Origin: a virus
Taxonomy: Duplodnaviria > Caudoviricetes
Strand: one strand, 5' to 3'
DNA: 41,465 bases
Virus record (IMG/VR): IMGVR_UViG_3300011116_000485
Span: 1 to 41,465 of that record
Numbering within the stretch: the stretch's first letter is position 1; every line of letters starts with the position of its first letter. Of this stretch, positions 26,820 to 35,008 are shown in pieces. Position numbers and translations under genes: made by a program. The notes under the pieces are model-generated. The model saw only the letters and a list, made by a program, of their open reading frames with translations, was not told where the DNA came from and searched no databases.

Positions 26820-27190
26820 GGTGTCCCTTTGATGATGATCAGAACATGTCCGCCAACGCGGCGCGACTCGTCGTTGACATCGACAAACTCCGCGCTGTTG
26901 CTTTCAAATCGCTTGTCATTTATTTGAAGAGAATCGCAAACGCCATCAATGCCGCTCTTCATTCGCGCAATCAGGTTGTCCAAATCGTAGTGGCGTTTCG
27001 TCGGCTTGTGGAACACAAGGTGCAAGTGAAGTTTCTCTGGCAGCGACTTGTCCCATGCCACCTGCGAGTCTGCTTCGATTCGGCACAGGCAGCGATACAT
27101 TTGGCGCGCTTTGTATCCGCGACTCCAATGCGCGCGCACATTTGGAGACAGCGCGGTGGCTGGCCATGGAACTTTGATTTCAACTGGCAC
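26816..27190 (-). CDS. RusA-like Holliday junction resolvase
   Basis: PWP...LSPN.R.HW; F.KP.KR.YDLDNL...KSGIDGV.D.L.IND. Confidence 0.8.
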   Translation of the reverse strand: MPVEIKVPWPATALSPNVRAHWSRGYKARQMYRCLCRIEADSQVAWDKSLPEKLHLHLVFHKPTKRHYDLDNLIARMKSGIDGVCDSLQINDKRFESNSAEFVDVNDESRRVGGHVLIIIKGTP

Positions 27191-27401
27191 TGGAGCGGCC
27201 CCGAATAAGGTCTTCAGCGGTCAAATGCATGTTGCGCGCACGGGCAGCATCCAGAATCGTTTCCTGTAGTGCGTTCGGAATCTTGCGGCGGCGTTGCCAT
27301 CGGCTCACTGCCGATGGATCGCGGTTGATGGCCCGCGCAACTGCGCAAACGCCACCGAACACCTCAATCACCACATCAACTGGGGTTTGGTTGGTACTCA
27401 T
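27180..27401 (-). CDS. Cro-like HTH regulator (leaderless)
   Basis: VIEVFGGV.AVARAI.RDPSAVSRWQ...IP...Q..IL.AAR....LTAEDL; ATG 7 nt after a -10 box. Confidence 0.8.
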   Translation of the reverse strand: MSTNQTPVDVVIEVFGGVCAVARAINRDPSAVSRWQRRRKIPNALQETILDAARARNMHLTAEDLIRGRSSAS

Positions 27402-27408
27402 GCGCGAC

Positions 27409-27436
27409 ACAATAGCGCGTGTTGAAAGAAATGCAA
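27409..27436 (-). promoter_or_regulatory. Promoter TTGCAT-N16-TATTGT driving the replication operon
   Basis: Same -35/16-nt spacer/-10 architecture as the three plus-strand early promoters. Confidence 0.72.
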
Positions 27437-27519
27437 GTGCAATGGCCATGTCACAACTGTGTCACTTTTCTGGGGTTATAAGATATTTGAAAATTCATGC
27501 AAAAACATCAAGAAGCATC

Positions 27520-27547
27520 TTGCACTTGTCCGATCTTGAGATATCTT
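27520..27547 (+). promoter_or_regulatory. Early promoter TTGCAC-N16-TATCTT
   Basis: Divergent from the Cro promoter; upstream of YqaJ. Confidence 0.75.
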
Positions 27548-27599
27548 CAACACATCGCCAGCCCGTGTTGGGCAGGCAACAACCCGAAGGGACTTAACC

Positions 27600-28568
27600 A
27601 TGTCACGGCAACGAATTGAACGGATTGACGACGAATCTTGGCTGCGCGAGCGCAGCAAAGACATCACATCAACGGAAGTGGCAGCGTTGTTTGGCCTGTC
27701 GCCTTACATCAGCGAGTTTGAATTGTTTCACCGCAAGCGTCTTGGCGAAATTGTGCGCATCGAAGAAAACGAGCGCATGACTTGGGGCAAACGGTTTGAA
27801 TCTGCAATCGCTCACGGCGTTGCAAACGACGAGGGCTGGGCCGTGACGCGCGCGGATTACTACGCGCGCATCGTAGACCTGCGCATGGGTTCGTCATTTG
27901 ACTACGAAGTCACCAGCGAACAGCAGCAGGGCGCGTTCATGGCCCCAATCACTGGGCTAATGGAAGTCAAAAATGTTGATGGCCTTCAGTTTCACAACAA
28001 ATGGCTTGATGACGGCGCTACGCTTGAAGCCCCAGAACACATTGAACTTCAGATTCAGCACCAGATGGAGGTTGCGGACAAGGACTACTGCATTCTGGTC
28101 GCCCTCATCGGCGGCAATCGCGTGCGCTGGGTGCGACGCAATCGCGATTTCGCCATCGGCTTGCAGATTCGTAATCGCGTTGCCGAATTCTGGGATGCGG
28201 TTGCCAACAACCGTGCGCCGTCGCCTGACTACGCAATGGATGCTGATTTCATCATCAAGCAGTTGCACGCCAACGCCAATGACGGAGAGGTACTTGAAGC
28301 AGACGATGCGCTTGAGGATTTGATTGCCCAGTATCAATTCGTCAGTCGCGAAGCCGCCGGAATGGACGAACTGAAGTCCAAGACCAAGGCCGAATTGATG
28401 CAGCGCATTGGCACTGCGTCAAAAGTCACCAGCAAACTGGGAACCATTTCGTGCGGCATGACAAAGCCGTCACAAGGCACTTTTATCACTCCAGACATGG
28501 TCGGCACTCATGTGGGTGGCCGACAAGGGTTTCGCAATTTCCGTTTCACTCCCAAGAAAGGGGACTAA
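27600..28568 (+). CDS. YqaJ/lambda-exonuclease-like recombination nuclease
   Basis: WL.ER...ITSTEVAAL.GLSPY...WG..FE...SSFDY...LMEVKN...IQHQM.V. Confidence 0.9.
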   Translation: MSRQRIERIDDESWLRERSKDITSTEVAALFGLSPYISEFELFHRKRLGEIVRIEENERMTWGKRFESAIAHGVANDEGWAVTRADYYARIVDLRMGSSFDYEVTSEQQQGAFMAPITGLMEVKNVDGLQFHNKWLDDGATLEAPEHIELQIQHQMEVADKDYCILVALIGGNRVRWVRRNRDFAIGLQIRNRVAEFWDAVANNRAPSPDYAMDADFIIKQLHANANDGEVLEADDALEDLIAQYQFVSREAAGMDELKSKTKAELMQRIGTASKVTSKLGTISCGMTKPSQGTFITPDMVGTHVGGRQGFRNFRFTPKKGD

Positions 28569-28571
28569 CCA

Positions 28572-29486
28572 ATGACTGCCATCACTACAGCAATCACTCC
28601 GATTGAATCGTTCAGGAACACGCTCACGCGAATGCAGCCAGAATTCACCGCTGCGCTCCCGCCACAGATTCCGGTTGAGAAGTTTGTTCGCACCGTCATC
28701 ACCGTGGTGCAGATGAACCCATTGCACCTTGATGCTGATCGGCGCAGCCTGCTTGGCGCGTGCATGAAGGCGGCGCAGGATGGCTTGCTTCTCGACGGTC
28801 GCGAGGCCGCGCTTGTTCCGTTCAACGGCAAGGGCGGCAGGGCAGTGCAGTACATGCCGATGATCGCAGGCATCCTGAAGAAGATTCGCAACAGCGGCGA
28901 GTTGGCATCCATCAGCGCCAATGTGGTGTACCAACGCGACCAGTTTGATTACGAGTTGGGCGACGAAGAGCGCATCAAGCACAAGCCACACTTGGGGGAT
29001 GATCGCGGCGCACCAGTGGCGGTCTACGCGATTGCCCGCACGAAGGACAACGCGGTGTACCGCGAAGTGATGTCGGTTGGAGAGGTGGAAAAGATCCGCC
29101 GTGCCAGCCGTGCGGCGAATGCTGGCCCGTGGGTTGACCACTGGGGTGAGATGGCCCGCAAGACCGTGATCAAGCGTTTGGCCAAGCGTCTTCCCAGCAG
29201 CACCGATCTGGATCAGGTTATTGCCTCCGATAACGAGGCAATTGGCATGACCAATGAGGTCACAGGATCGCCCACAATCGATCCGGTAAAGCAAGAGGCT
29301 CCAGCGGCCCTTGTGGCAGAGGAATCGCCCACAAGCCGCCTGAAGCGTTCTATTGGCAAGCGCGCAAAGCGCGAGGAGCAGGAAGTTGTTGCGGAAGAAC
29401 CCGCGCCAGAAGTTGCGCAGGCTGAACAGGAAACCACTAGCACGGAAGAGGCTACCGATGAATCAGCAGCAGATGCTCACTTCTGA
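28572..29486 (+). CDS. recT: RecT-family single-strand annealing protein
   Basis: SLLGACMKAAQDGL..DGREAALVPF...G..K.IRNSG...VY..D.F.YELG...PW..HW.EMARKTVIKRLAKRLP.S. Confidence 0.92.
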   Translation: MTAITTAITPIESFRNTLTRMQPEFTAALPPQIPVEKFVRTVITVVQMNPLHLDADRRSLLGACMKAAQDGLLLDGREAALVPFNGKGGRAVQYMPMIAGILKKIRNSGELASISANVVYQRDQFDYELGDEERIKHKPHLGDDRGAPVAVYAIARTKDNAVYREVMSVGEVEKIRRASRAANAGPWVDHWGEMARKTVIKRLAKRLPSSTDLDQVIASDNEAIGMTNEVTGSPTIDPVKQEAPAALVAEESPTSRLKRSIGKRAKREEQEVVAEEPAPEVAQAEQETTSTEEATDESAADAHF

Positions 29487-29652
29487 TGAACTGGCGGAGC
29501 GTTGGAGGGTGACCCGATTCACCGTCAGGCGTTGGCGAATGGAAGGCAATGGCCCCCCATACCTAAAACTGGGAGCCGGGGCCAAGAGCAGGGTTCTTTA
29601 CCTGCTCAAGGACATCGAAGACTGGGAATCCAGTCACAAGCAGGTCAAGTAA
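29458..29652 (+). CDS. Excisionase/AlpA-like HTH protein
   Basis: MLTSDELAERWRV...TVRRWR..G.GPPYLKLG....VLY...DIEDWE. Confidence 0.85.
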   Translation: MNQQQMLTSDELAERWRVTRFTVRRWRMEGNGPPYLKLGAGAKSRVLYLLKDIEDWESSHKQVK

Positions 29653-29654
29653 AC

Positions 29655-29687
29655 ACAGCCCCCCAAGCGCAATGCTTGGGGGGTTGT
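29655..29687. terminator. Hairpin between convergent operons (bidirectional terminator)
   Basis: acagccccccaagc-gcaat-gcttggggggttgt at the junction of the plus-strand recombination and minus-strand lysis operons. Confidence 0.75.
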
Positions 29688-29738
29688 CGTTTCAGCCATG
29701 TACTCCCGGGCCAAGCAGTTGAGCCTGCTCCGACGCGC

Positions 29739-29849
29739 TCAAAACTGCTTCTTGGAGCGGATGTAGTAGCCGAAGCCGACTCCGACCGCGAAGGTCAGAC
29801 AGGCGAACCAAAGGCTTCCAAGAAACGACGAGAAATCAGCGAGCATCAT
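29739..29849 (-). CDS. 36-aa membrane peptide (lysis-cassette accessory)
   Basis: MMLADFSSFLGSLWFACLTFAVGVGFGYYIRSKKQF; ATGA overlap with the upstream gene, GGAG RBS; one TM helix plus basic tail. Confidence 0.65.
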   Translation of the reverse strand: MMLADFSSFLGSLWFACLTFAVGVGFGYYIRSKKQF

Positions 29850-30349
29850 GTTGCAGTCTCCTTTGTGGCTGGGGCTTGTTCCTGCGCTCGCTTCCACGCG
29901 AGTTCGAACAGGGGCGAAGAGGCTCTGCGCGCAGCCACAAACTCACGCACATCCTCCTTACGATTTGGATCCATAACATCTCGCAACAGGGTTGCTTCGC
30001 GCTGAATTGGGGCAGGAATCCACCCCAACAAACGCTTGATAGCCATCCCAATTCCAGTCTGCCACAGGATTACACAAACTGCAATGGCCAACGCAGCCCA
30101 AGCCATGTAGATCAACATGCTCATCCACGCCGGAACCTTCGCTTCAACATTCGGTAGTGTGGAATGGATGTCTGCGACGAGTTCAATAATCTTCGCGGAT
30201 TTGTCAACCACTTCCGCGTCCCCAATAGCACGCCCGTGATCGGACAACGCTTGCGCTTCTGCGTGAATTTCGGTTGCTCGCAGGGCAATTCGTTGGACAG
30301 GGTTGCAGCCCAAAGCCACAAGACAAACCAAGGCGGCAACAAATCTCAT
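29846..30349 (-). CDS. Lipoprotein with internal TM helix (u-spanin-like topology)
   Basis: Signal peptide II MRFVAALVCLVALG/C; TM segment WMSMLIYMAWAALAIAVCVILW. Confidence 0.6.
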   Translation of the reverse strand: MRFVAALVCLVALGCNPVQRIALRATEIHAEAQALSDHGRAIGDAEVVDKSAKIIELVADIHSTLPNVEAKVPAWMSMLIYMAWAALAIAVCVILWQTGIGMAIKRLLGWIPAPIQREATLLRDVMDPNRKEDVREFVAARRASSPLFELAWKRAQEQAPATKETAT

Positions 30350-30612
30350 TCCCTTCCCTGCTGGCTGTCTAATCGATCTGTCAAATTTGCCAGCGCGGCC
30401 TCAACCTTTTCAAATCCGTCCTTCATGTCGCCCTTCAGTTCTCTCATGGCATCCCTAAAGTCATCGCGGCGAACATACATACCCGGCAAATCCCGTTCAA
30501 TTTGTCGAACATCTCGCTTTAGATCACCAACAGCATCCCACAACACTTTCAACACCCAACCAATTGCAGCGCCTGCAATTGAGAATACCCAGTTGACGAT
30601 GCTTTGATCCAT
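30346..30612 (-). CDS. Putative holin (N-terminal TM + coiled coil)
   Basis: Start MDQSIVNWVFSIAGAAIGWVLKVLW; YVRRDDF coiled-coil tail typical of small phage holin-like proteins. Confidence 0.6.
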   Translation of the reverse strand: MDQSIVNWVFSIAGAAIGWVLKVLWDAVGDLKRDVRQIERDLPGMYVRRDDFRDAMRELKGDMKDGFEKVEAALANLTDRLDSQQGRE

Positions 30613-30620
30613 ATTGACAC

Positions 30621-30932
30621 TCACGATCGCACGCTGCCCACAAAAGCGAAGCCGACATACACGCTTGTCGAGTACTCGCCAGCCTTGACCCCCACAGTAT
30701 AAAGCGCCTGTTCGCACTCAAAACCGATGTCCTCACTGGTTTTTGTCCAGCGATCTACATCCTGATATGAAACGCCGCCATCCACGGAACGCTGAACCGT
30801 TACGGTGGTTCCACCCAAAGATCCCACAACACCATCAGCGCGGCGAATGGTCACAGTGAAATGCCCGATAAGGCTGATCGGGGTAGTCCATTGATTGGCT
30901 GCGGTAATAGTTCGTGCGGATTGCAAGGACAT
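30621..30932 (-). CDS. Hypothetical beta-rich protein
   Basis: 103 aa, GGAG RBS, TVTVQRSVDGG.SY.DV motif; in the tail/lysis operon. Confidence 0.6.
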   Translation of the reverse strand: MSLQSARTITAANQWTTPISLIGHFTVTIRRADGVVGSLGGTTVTVQRSVDGGVSYQDVDRWTKTSEDIGFECEQALYTVGVKAGEYSTSVYVGFAFVGSVRS

Positions 30933-31165
30933 CAGCCGTTCTCCTTAACCAACGCTCGCGCTTGGTTAGCAATATCCGCAAATCGGAACAGGTTTGAATC
31001 CGGATACATTTGAACCATTATCTGGATGTGATCGGTAAGCCGCGCAATGGTTTGTGGCAATGGCTCTGGAATGATGGCATCCGTTGCAAATGTGCCATCA
31101 ATGATGGCTTGCAGTTGCGCAGCAACATCGGCTAAACCATTCAGATATTCGGCTGGAATGTCCAT
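30932..31165 (-). CDS. Hypothetical protein (possible fibre chaperone)
   Basis: 77 aa, tightly packed after the fibre gene. Confidence 0.55.
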   Translation of the reverse strand: MDIPAEYLNGLADVAAQLQAIIDGTFATDAIIPEPLPQTIARLTDHIQIMVQMYPDSNLFRFADIANQARALVKENG

Positions 31166-31166
31166 A

Positions 31167-32747
31167 TCAGTATGAGGGATACCACTTCGCCGTTCCGGCG
31201 TCGTAGGTCATTGTGAGCGCCCTGCTGACCACGGCTGTGCTAGCAAGGGCAATGTTGCCCGTAATTCCCGTAGTCCAAAGCCCGGTCGGAATGAGCGTGA
31301 TTTGACCACCCGTGGCAGTGATCAGCGTCGGCGCTGTAATCGTATTAATCTGCGTGGTTCCAGAGATAAAAACAACAGATGTCGTGGGTGCAATGGTCGC
31401 GGCGCTTGCAATTGTCGGCGCGACCTGCCCGGTGGAGGAAACCCCATAAATGCGATTGGCCGTCGTGCCAGTCGTTCCGATGGTTGTGGTGTTAGAACCA
31501 AGACCAACGGCTTTGTTGCCGCCAATCACCACTTCATTCGTGACGCTGTCTCCGCTAGCGCGCGATTCAGAACCGATGTAAACATTCCAGTCGCCCGGAA
31601 TAGTGTTGTTGACGTTGCTAGAAGTCTTGTATGCGCCCGAATAGATACCAATGGCTACGTTGTTCGAACCAGTGGTCGCATACCGAAGTGCCAATTGCCC
31701 AACACCCGTGTTGTTAGAGGTTGTTGTCAGATCGTAACCAGCCTCAACACCAACAAACGTATTTTGCTGTCCAGTAGTGCAGTTTCGCAGCGTTCCGTAA
31801 CCAATACCAGAGTTGTATGAACCACTAGTAATTCCGACCATTGAGTTGTAACCAACGGCAGTATTGGCAACGCAAGTATTCGGTCCCGCACCACCACCAA
31901 ATAGAGCCTGATATCCAACAGCAGTATTCAAACTGCCCGTTGTCAGACGATATGCGGCGCTTGTTCCAATCGCAACATTGCCATCACCGCTGCTGCTTTT
32001 GGCTTGAAGCGCGTTGAATCCAATAGCCACGTTGTCATTGACGGCGGTTGCAACCTTCAGCGCATTGGTTCCAACAGCAAAATTATTGGTTCCGGTATTG
32101 ATTGCGCTCGCCGCATCTGTGCCAAGCGCCACATTGTTTGTACCCGTGGTAAGTGCATCAAGCGCACGCGCTCCAATAGCAATAGATCCACTGGCGGTAT
32201 TCAGCAACAGCGCATTGTGACCGATGCCAATGCAATCAGCGGCAGTTGTCGCTGCACCGACAGCGTCATCGCCAATGGCAATGATTCTGTCGCCAGTTGT
32301 AATGGCATCGCCAGCCGCTTGCCCAATCAGAACATTGTCCGTGGCACCAGTTGCAAGGGCATTCCCAGCCAAATCCCCAATCGAAATGTTGATACCCGGA
32401 TTCCATTTGAATACCAAACCATTGACCGTGGTTGCCGTGACAGTTCCAGCACTAACTGCTCCAGACATGGCGATGCTTTGGGTGTCATCGTCAATCGTGA
32501 TTTTCGTTGATTGACCAGATCCAGTGGTATCGCCAAAACTGATTGTGTTATTGATTCCGTCAACAGTAAGCCTAACGCCCGCGCCGCCAACCAAATTTAA
32601 GTCGCCAATAGATCCGGCTGGCAGATCAATATCTGCAAACAGTGCTTGCCCAAACGATGCAGAACCGTCAATTGTCAAATCGCCCTGCACCTCAACATTG
32701 TTGAAGGTGGGGTTTCGACCAAAAATGCCGCCGTGTTGCCGGATCAT
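31167..32747 (-). CDS. Tail fibre/adhesin-like protein with beta-helical N.AIG..A repeats
   Basis: Many ~14-aa repeats (TTG.NN.A.G..AL); N-terminus GGIFGRNPTFN; C-terminal domain ending KWYPSY. Confidence 0.7.
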   Translation of the reverse strand: MIRQHGGIFGRNPTFNNVEVQGDLTIDGSASFGQALFADIDLPAGSIGDLNLVGGAGVRLTVDGINNTISFGDTTGSGQSTKITIDDDTQSIAMSGAVSAGTVTATTVNGLVFKWNPGINISIGDLAGNALATGATDNVLIGQAAGDAITTGDRIIAIGDDAVGAATTAADCIGIGHNALLLNTASGSIAIGARALDALTTGTNNVALGTDAASAINTGTNNFAVGTNALKVATAVNDNVAIGFNALQAKSSSGDGNVAIGTSAAYRLTTGSLNTAVGYQALFGGGAGPNTCVANTAVGYNSMVGITSGSYNSGIGYGTLRNCTTGQQNTFVGVEAGYDLTTTSNNTGVGQLALRYATTGSNNVAIGIYSGAYKTSSNVNNTIPGDWNVYIGSESRASGDSVTNEVVIGGNKAVGLGSNTTTIGTTGTTANRIYGVSSTGQVAPTIASAATIAPTTSVVFISGTTQINTITAPTLITATGGQITLIPTGLWTTGITGNIALASTAVVSRALTMTYDAGTAKWYPSY

Positions 32748-32839
32748 GCGCGCGCTTCAAGTGCAGCGGTGCGCTGGGACGCGCCAGTGCCGGAGGCGAG
32801 GAAGGTAATTTGTTCAGAGGTTGGTTTGGTCATGGGCAT
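32744..32839 (-). pseudogene. 31-aa mini-ORF, probable remnant of a deleted tailspike gene
   Basis: MPMTKPTSEQITFLASGTGASQRTAALEARA; has a GAG leader and an ATGA overlap with the next gene; resembles the pre-beta-helix segment of the upstream tailspike. Confidence 0.5.
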
Positions 32840-32849
32840 TTGTATGTTC

Positions 32850-34958
32850 TCAATTCATTGCGGAAATAACCATCCGCTCAAACTGACCGTAATTGCAGGT
32901 GTTTCCGGCTCCGCTCAAGTCCTTTGCTTCAATTGACAATGTCGTTCCTGCCGAAATGTCACCGAGCAACGTGGTAATGGTGACGATGTTGTCTACTCCG
33001 GCTCCGGCAATTGTCGGAGGCGCATAGAACCTTTCGCTGCCATTAATTGAAACCGCAATGACAAGTTGCGGATTTGTGTTGACACGAAGTGTTCCCATTA
33101 CCATCACGTTTCGCAATCCGCCAGCAGGCACAGTAAACAATCCAGTGCCTGTTGCATATCCAGAATTGAAACGCGATGTGTCTTGCGTTGACACAACGGT
33201 TTGAAATTTCAACGGAGTCATGGCTGCGCCAGCCGAAAGGGCTTGGTTGCTGGTGTCATTGACAAACAGGATTTGGCGTTGAGAGAAATGAACGATTCCC
33301 CCGGTAATTCCCTGCAAACCTTGGACGAAATTAGTGCCAAATGCATCATCGTCTACATAAATGTTGCAGGCTGCGGCAGCAGAAACATTTGCAAATGAAC
33401 GCGCCGAACCTGCATAGAAATCAGATCCGGCACCAACAACTACTTTCCCAGTGAAGTTTGCCCCAAGATCAATGAACGCAAACGAATTTCCGGAGTGATA
33501 TCCGCGGCAGCCCTTGATGATGAGATTGCCAGTACTTGCTGCTGGCGTCGCAACACCGAGAGTGTTCTGCGCCAAGCCAAGGCGCGATGCAGCCTCAATG
33601 GCGCAATCAGAAACGACGATGGACGCCCACTTGTTGCCGTATGTTGCATTCGTTACTGGCTCAATACACAGGGCGGCGTTTACCGTTGTTTGGTTGTGTT
33701 GAACTTCTCCTCCAACAACAAACAAGTTTGAGCCGAAGCCACGAACTGTGTATTGCGGCAACGCCTGCCATGCCGCATTTCCGCCAAGCGAATTGCTTAT
33801 CAAATTGCATCCAATGAAGGAAGCAAATGTGTTTACTCCATATGCTTCCACAACCGATGGACACCCATATGTAAAGCCGCCGAAGATGGAAATCTCGGAC
33901 ACAAGTGCGGCGGTTTCCGAAGATCGGCCAATTCGGTATGCAAGTTTCGTGGCAGTCAACGCAAAGTTATGCAAATTGACATTTGTGATTTGCGTGGCGT
34001 TGTCCGTGTATAGGGCAACCGCACAGGAATATCCAGAATTGTACTGGCCAGAAATTGCTGGGCGCCCCACGATAGTGACATTGGACGAGTTCTTGACAGT
34101 CAACACGGCGTCATATGTTCCGCTAGCCATGCCAACAACCAAACCATGCCAATCAATTTCCAACCCATTCGCACCGTCAATGACGATGCTTGAAACACGA
34201 TACGTTCCCGGTGGAATTACGCCATATCCGACAGATTTTGCTCTTGCAATCCATGCAGCAAAGGCGGACGTGTCATCCGCCGTTCCATCGCCGACCGCAC
34301 CAAAGTCCCGGACGCTCACGACATCGCGGAGTTTGTCTAGGACGGTGCGAGCCGTGGACGAGGCGTCGTTAGCCCGGAACCCGACGAGACTTGATCCTGC
34401 GAGTGCAACAGTTGCATTTGCCAAGTCGGTTCGCAGCGCCGCATCAGTACCGCTGCCAACAGACACAGTGGGAAGCCCATTCGGATCGAACACTAGGTAC
34501 TTGCCAGCGCGGTTCGTTGCGTTTGGCAACTCCATGTTCACGGTGCCGTCAGACAGCGGTGCCTTTACGCTTCGTCCCACATCTTCGGCCATCTGCTGAA
34601 TTTGGATCGTGGCCCGGTCAAGTGAATCGTTGATGACCTCGGGATAAAACCCACCCTGATTGGTCAGGATTGTCGGCTGAAGGTTGGCAATAGACGATGT
34701 GATTACAAGCGTATATGTCGATGCCAACGCTCCCGCAACAAGCGTAATGCTGCCACCGGGATTTGAATCCTGATCGACATTCAACGACACCGTGTAATCG
34801 GTGTTGAGAATCAAAGTAGTTTGAGAGCCAGTGCTAATCGTCTGTCGAACAACCAGCAGATCCGATGCCTGAAAAACCTTGAATGAAAACGGAAAAGTGG
34901 ACACAAGTCCCGTTCCGGTGAATGGGCCAGCGGTTCTGGTTGTGCTGCTAATGGTCAT
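32850..34958 (-). CDS. Tail spike with T7 gp17-like N-terminal anchor and pectate-lyase-like beta-helix (depolymerase)
   Basis: FPFSFKVF...DYTV...GGSITL...NQGGFYPEVINDSLDRATIQIQQ; RTVLDKLRDVVSVRDFGAVGDG..DDT.AF. Confidence 0.85.
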   Translation of the reverse strand: MTISSTTRTAGPFTGTGLVSTFPFSFKVFQASDLLVVRQTISTGSQTTLILNTDYTVSLNVDQDSNPGGSITLVAGALASTYTLVITSSIANLQPTILTNQGGFYPEVINDSLDRATIQIQQMAEDVGRSVKAPLSDGTVNMELPNATNRAGKYLVFDPNGLPTVSVGSGTDAALRTDLANATVALAGSSLVGFRANDASSTARTVLDKLRDVVSVRDFGAVGDGTADDTSAFAAWIARAKSVGYGVIPPGTYRVSSIVIDGANGLEIDWHGLVVGMASGTYDAVLTVKNSSNVTIVGRPAISGQYNSGYSCAVALYTDNATQITNVNLHNFALTATKLAYRIGRSSETAALVSEISIFGGFTYGCPSVVEAYGVNTFASFIGCNLISNSLGGNAAWQALPQYTVRGFGSNLFVVGGEVQHNQTTVNAALCIEPVTNATYGNKWASIVVSDCAIEAASRLGLAQNTLGVATPAASTGNLIIKGCRGYHSGNSFAFIDLGANFTGKVVVGAGSDFYAGSARSFANVSAAAACNIYVDDDAFGTNFVQGLQGITGGIVHFSQRQILFVNDTSNQALSAGAAMTPLKFQTVVSTQDTSRFNSGYATGTGLFTVPAGGLRNVMVMGTLRVNTNPQLVIAVSINGSERFYAPPTIAGAGVDNIVTITTLLGDISAGTTLSIEAKDLSGAGNTCNYGQFERMVISAMN

Positions 34959-34973
34959 TTGATTCTCCGTTCA

Positions 34974-35006
34974 AATTGAAATGATGTTGATTTGGTTATG
35001 GATACC
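34974..35006 (-). promoter_or_regulatory. Putative late promoter GGTATCCATA with weaker -10 (TCAATT)
   Basis: Third intergenic copy of the GGTATCCRTA motif, upstream of the tailspike. Confidence 0.6.
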
Positions 35007-35008
35007 AG

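Noticed and set aside
28470-29294. 274-aa minus-strand ORF antisense to recT
   Set aside because: Shadow of recT with no motifs.
31167-34958. Diversity-generating retroelement, expected from BPP-1-like architecture
   Set aside because: No reverse transcriptase ORF and no TR/VR repeat pair with adenine-specific mismatches seen by eye.
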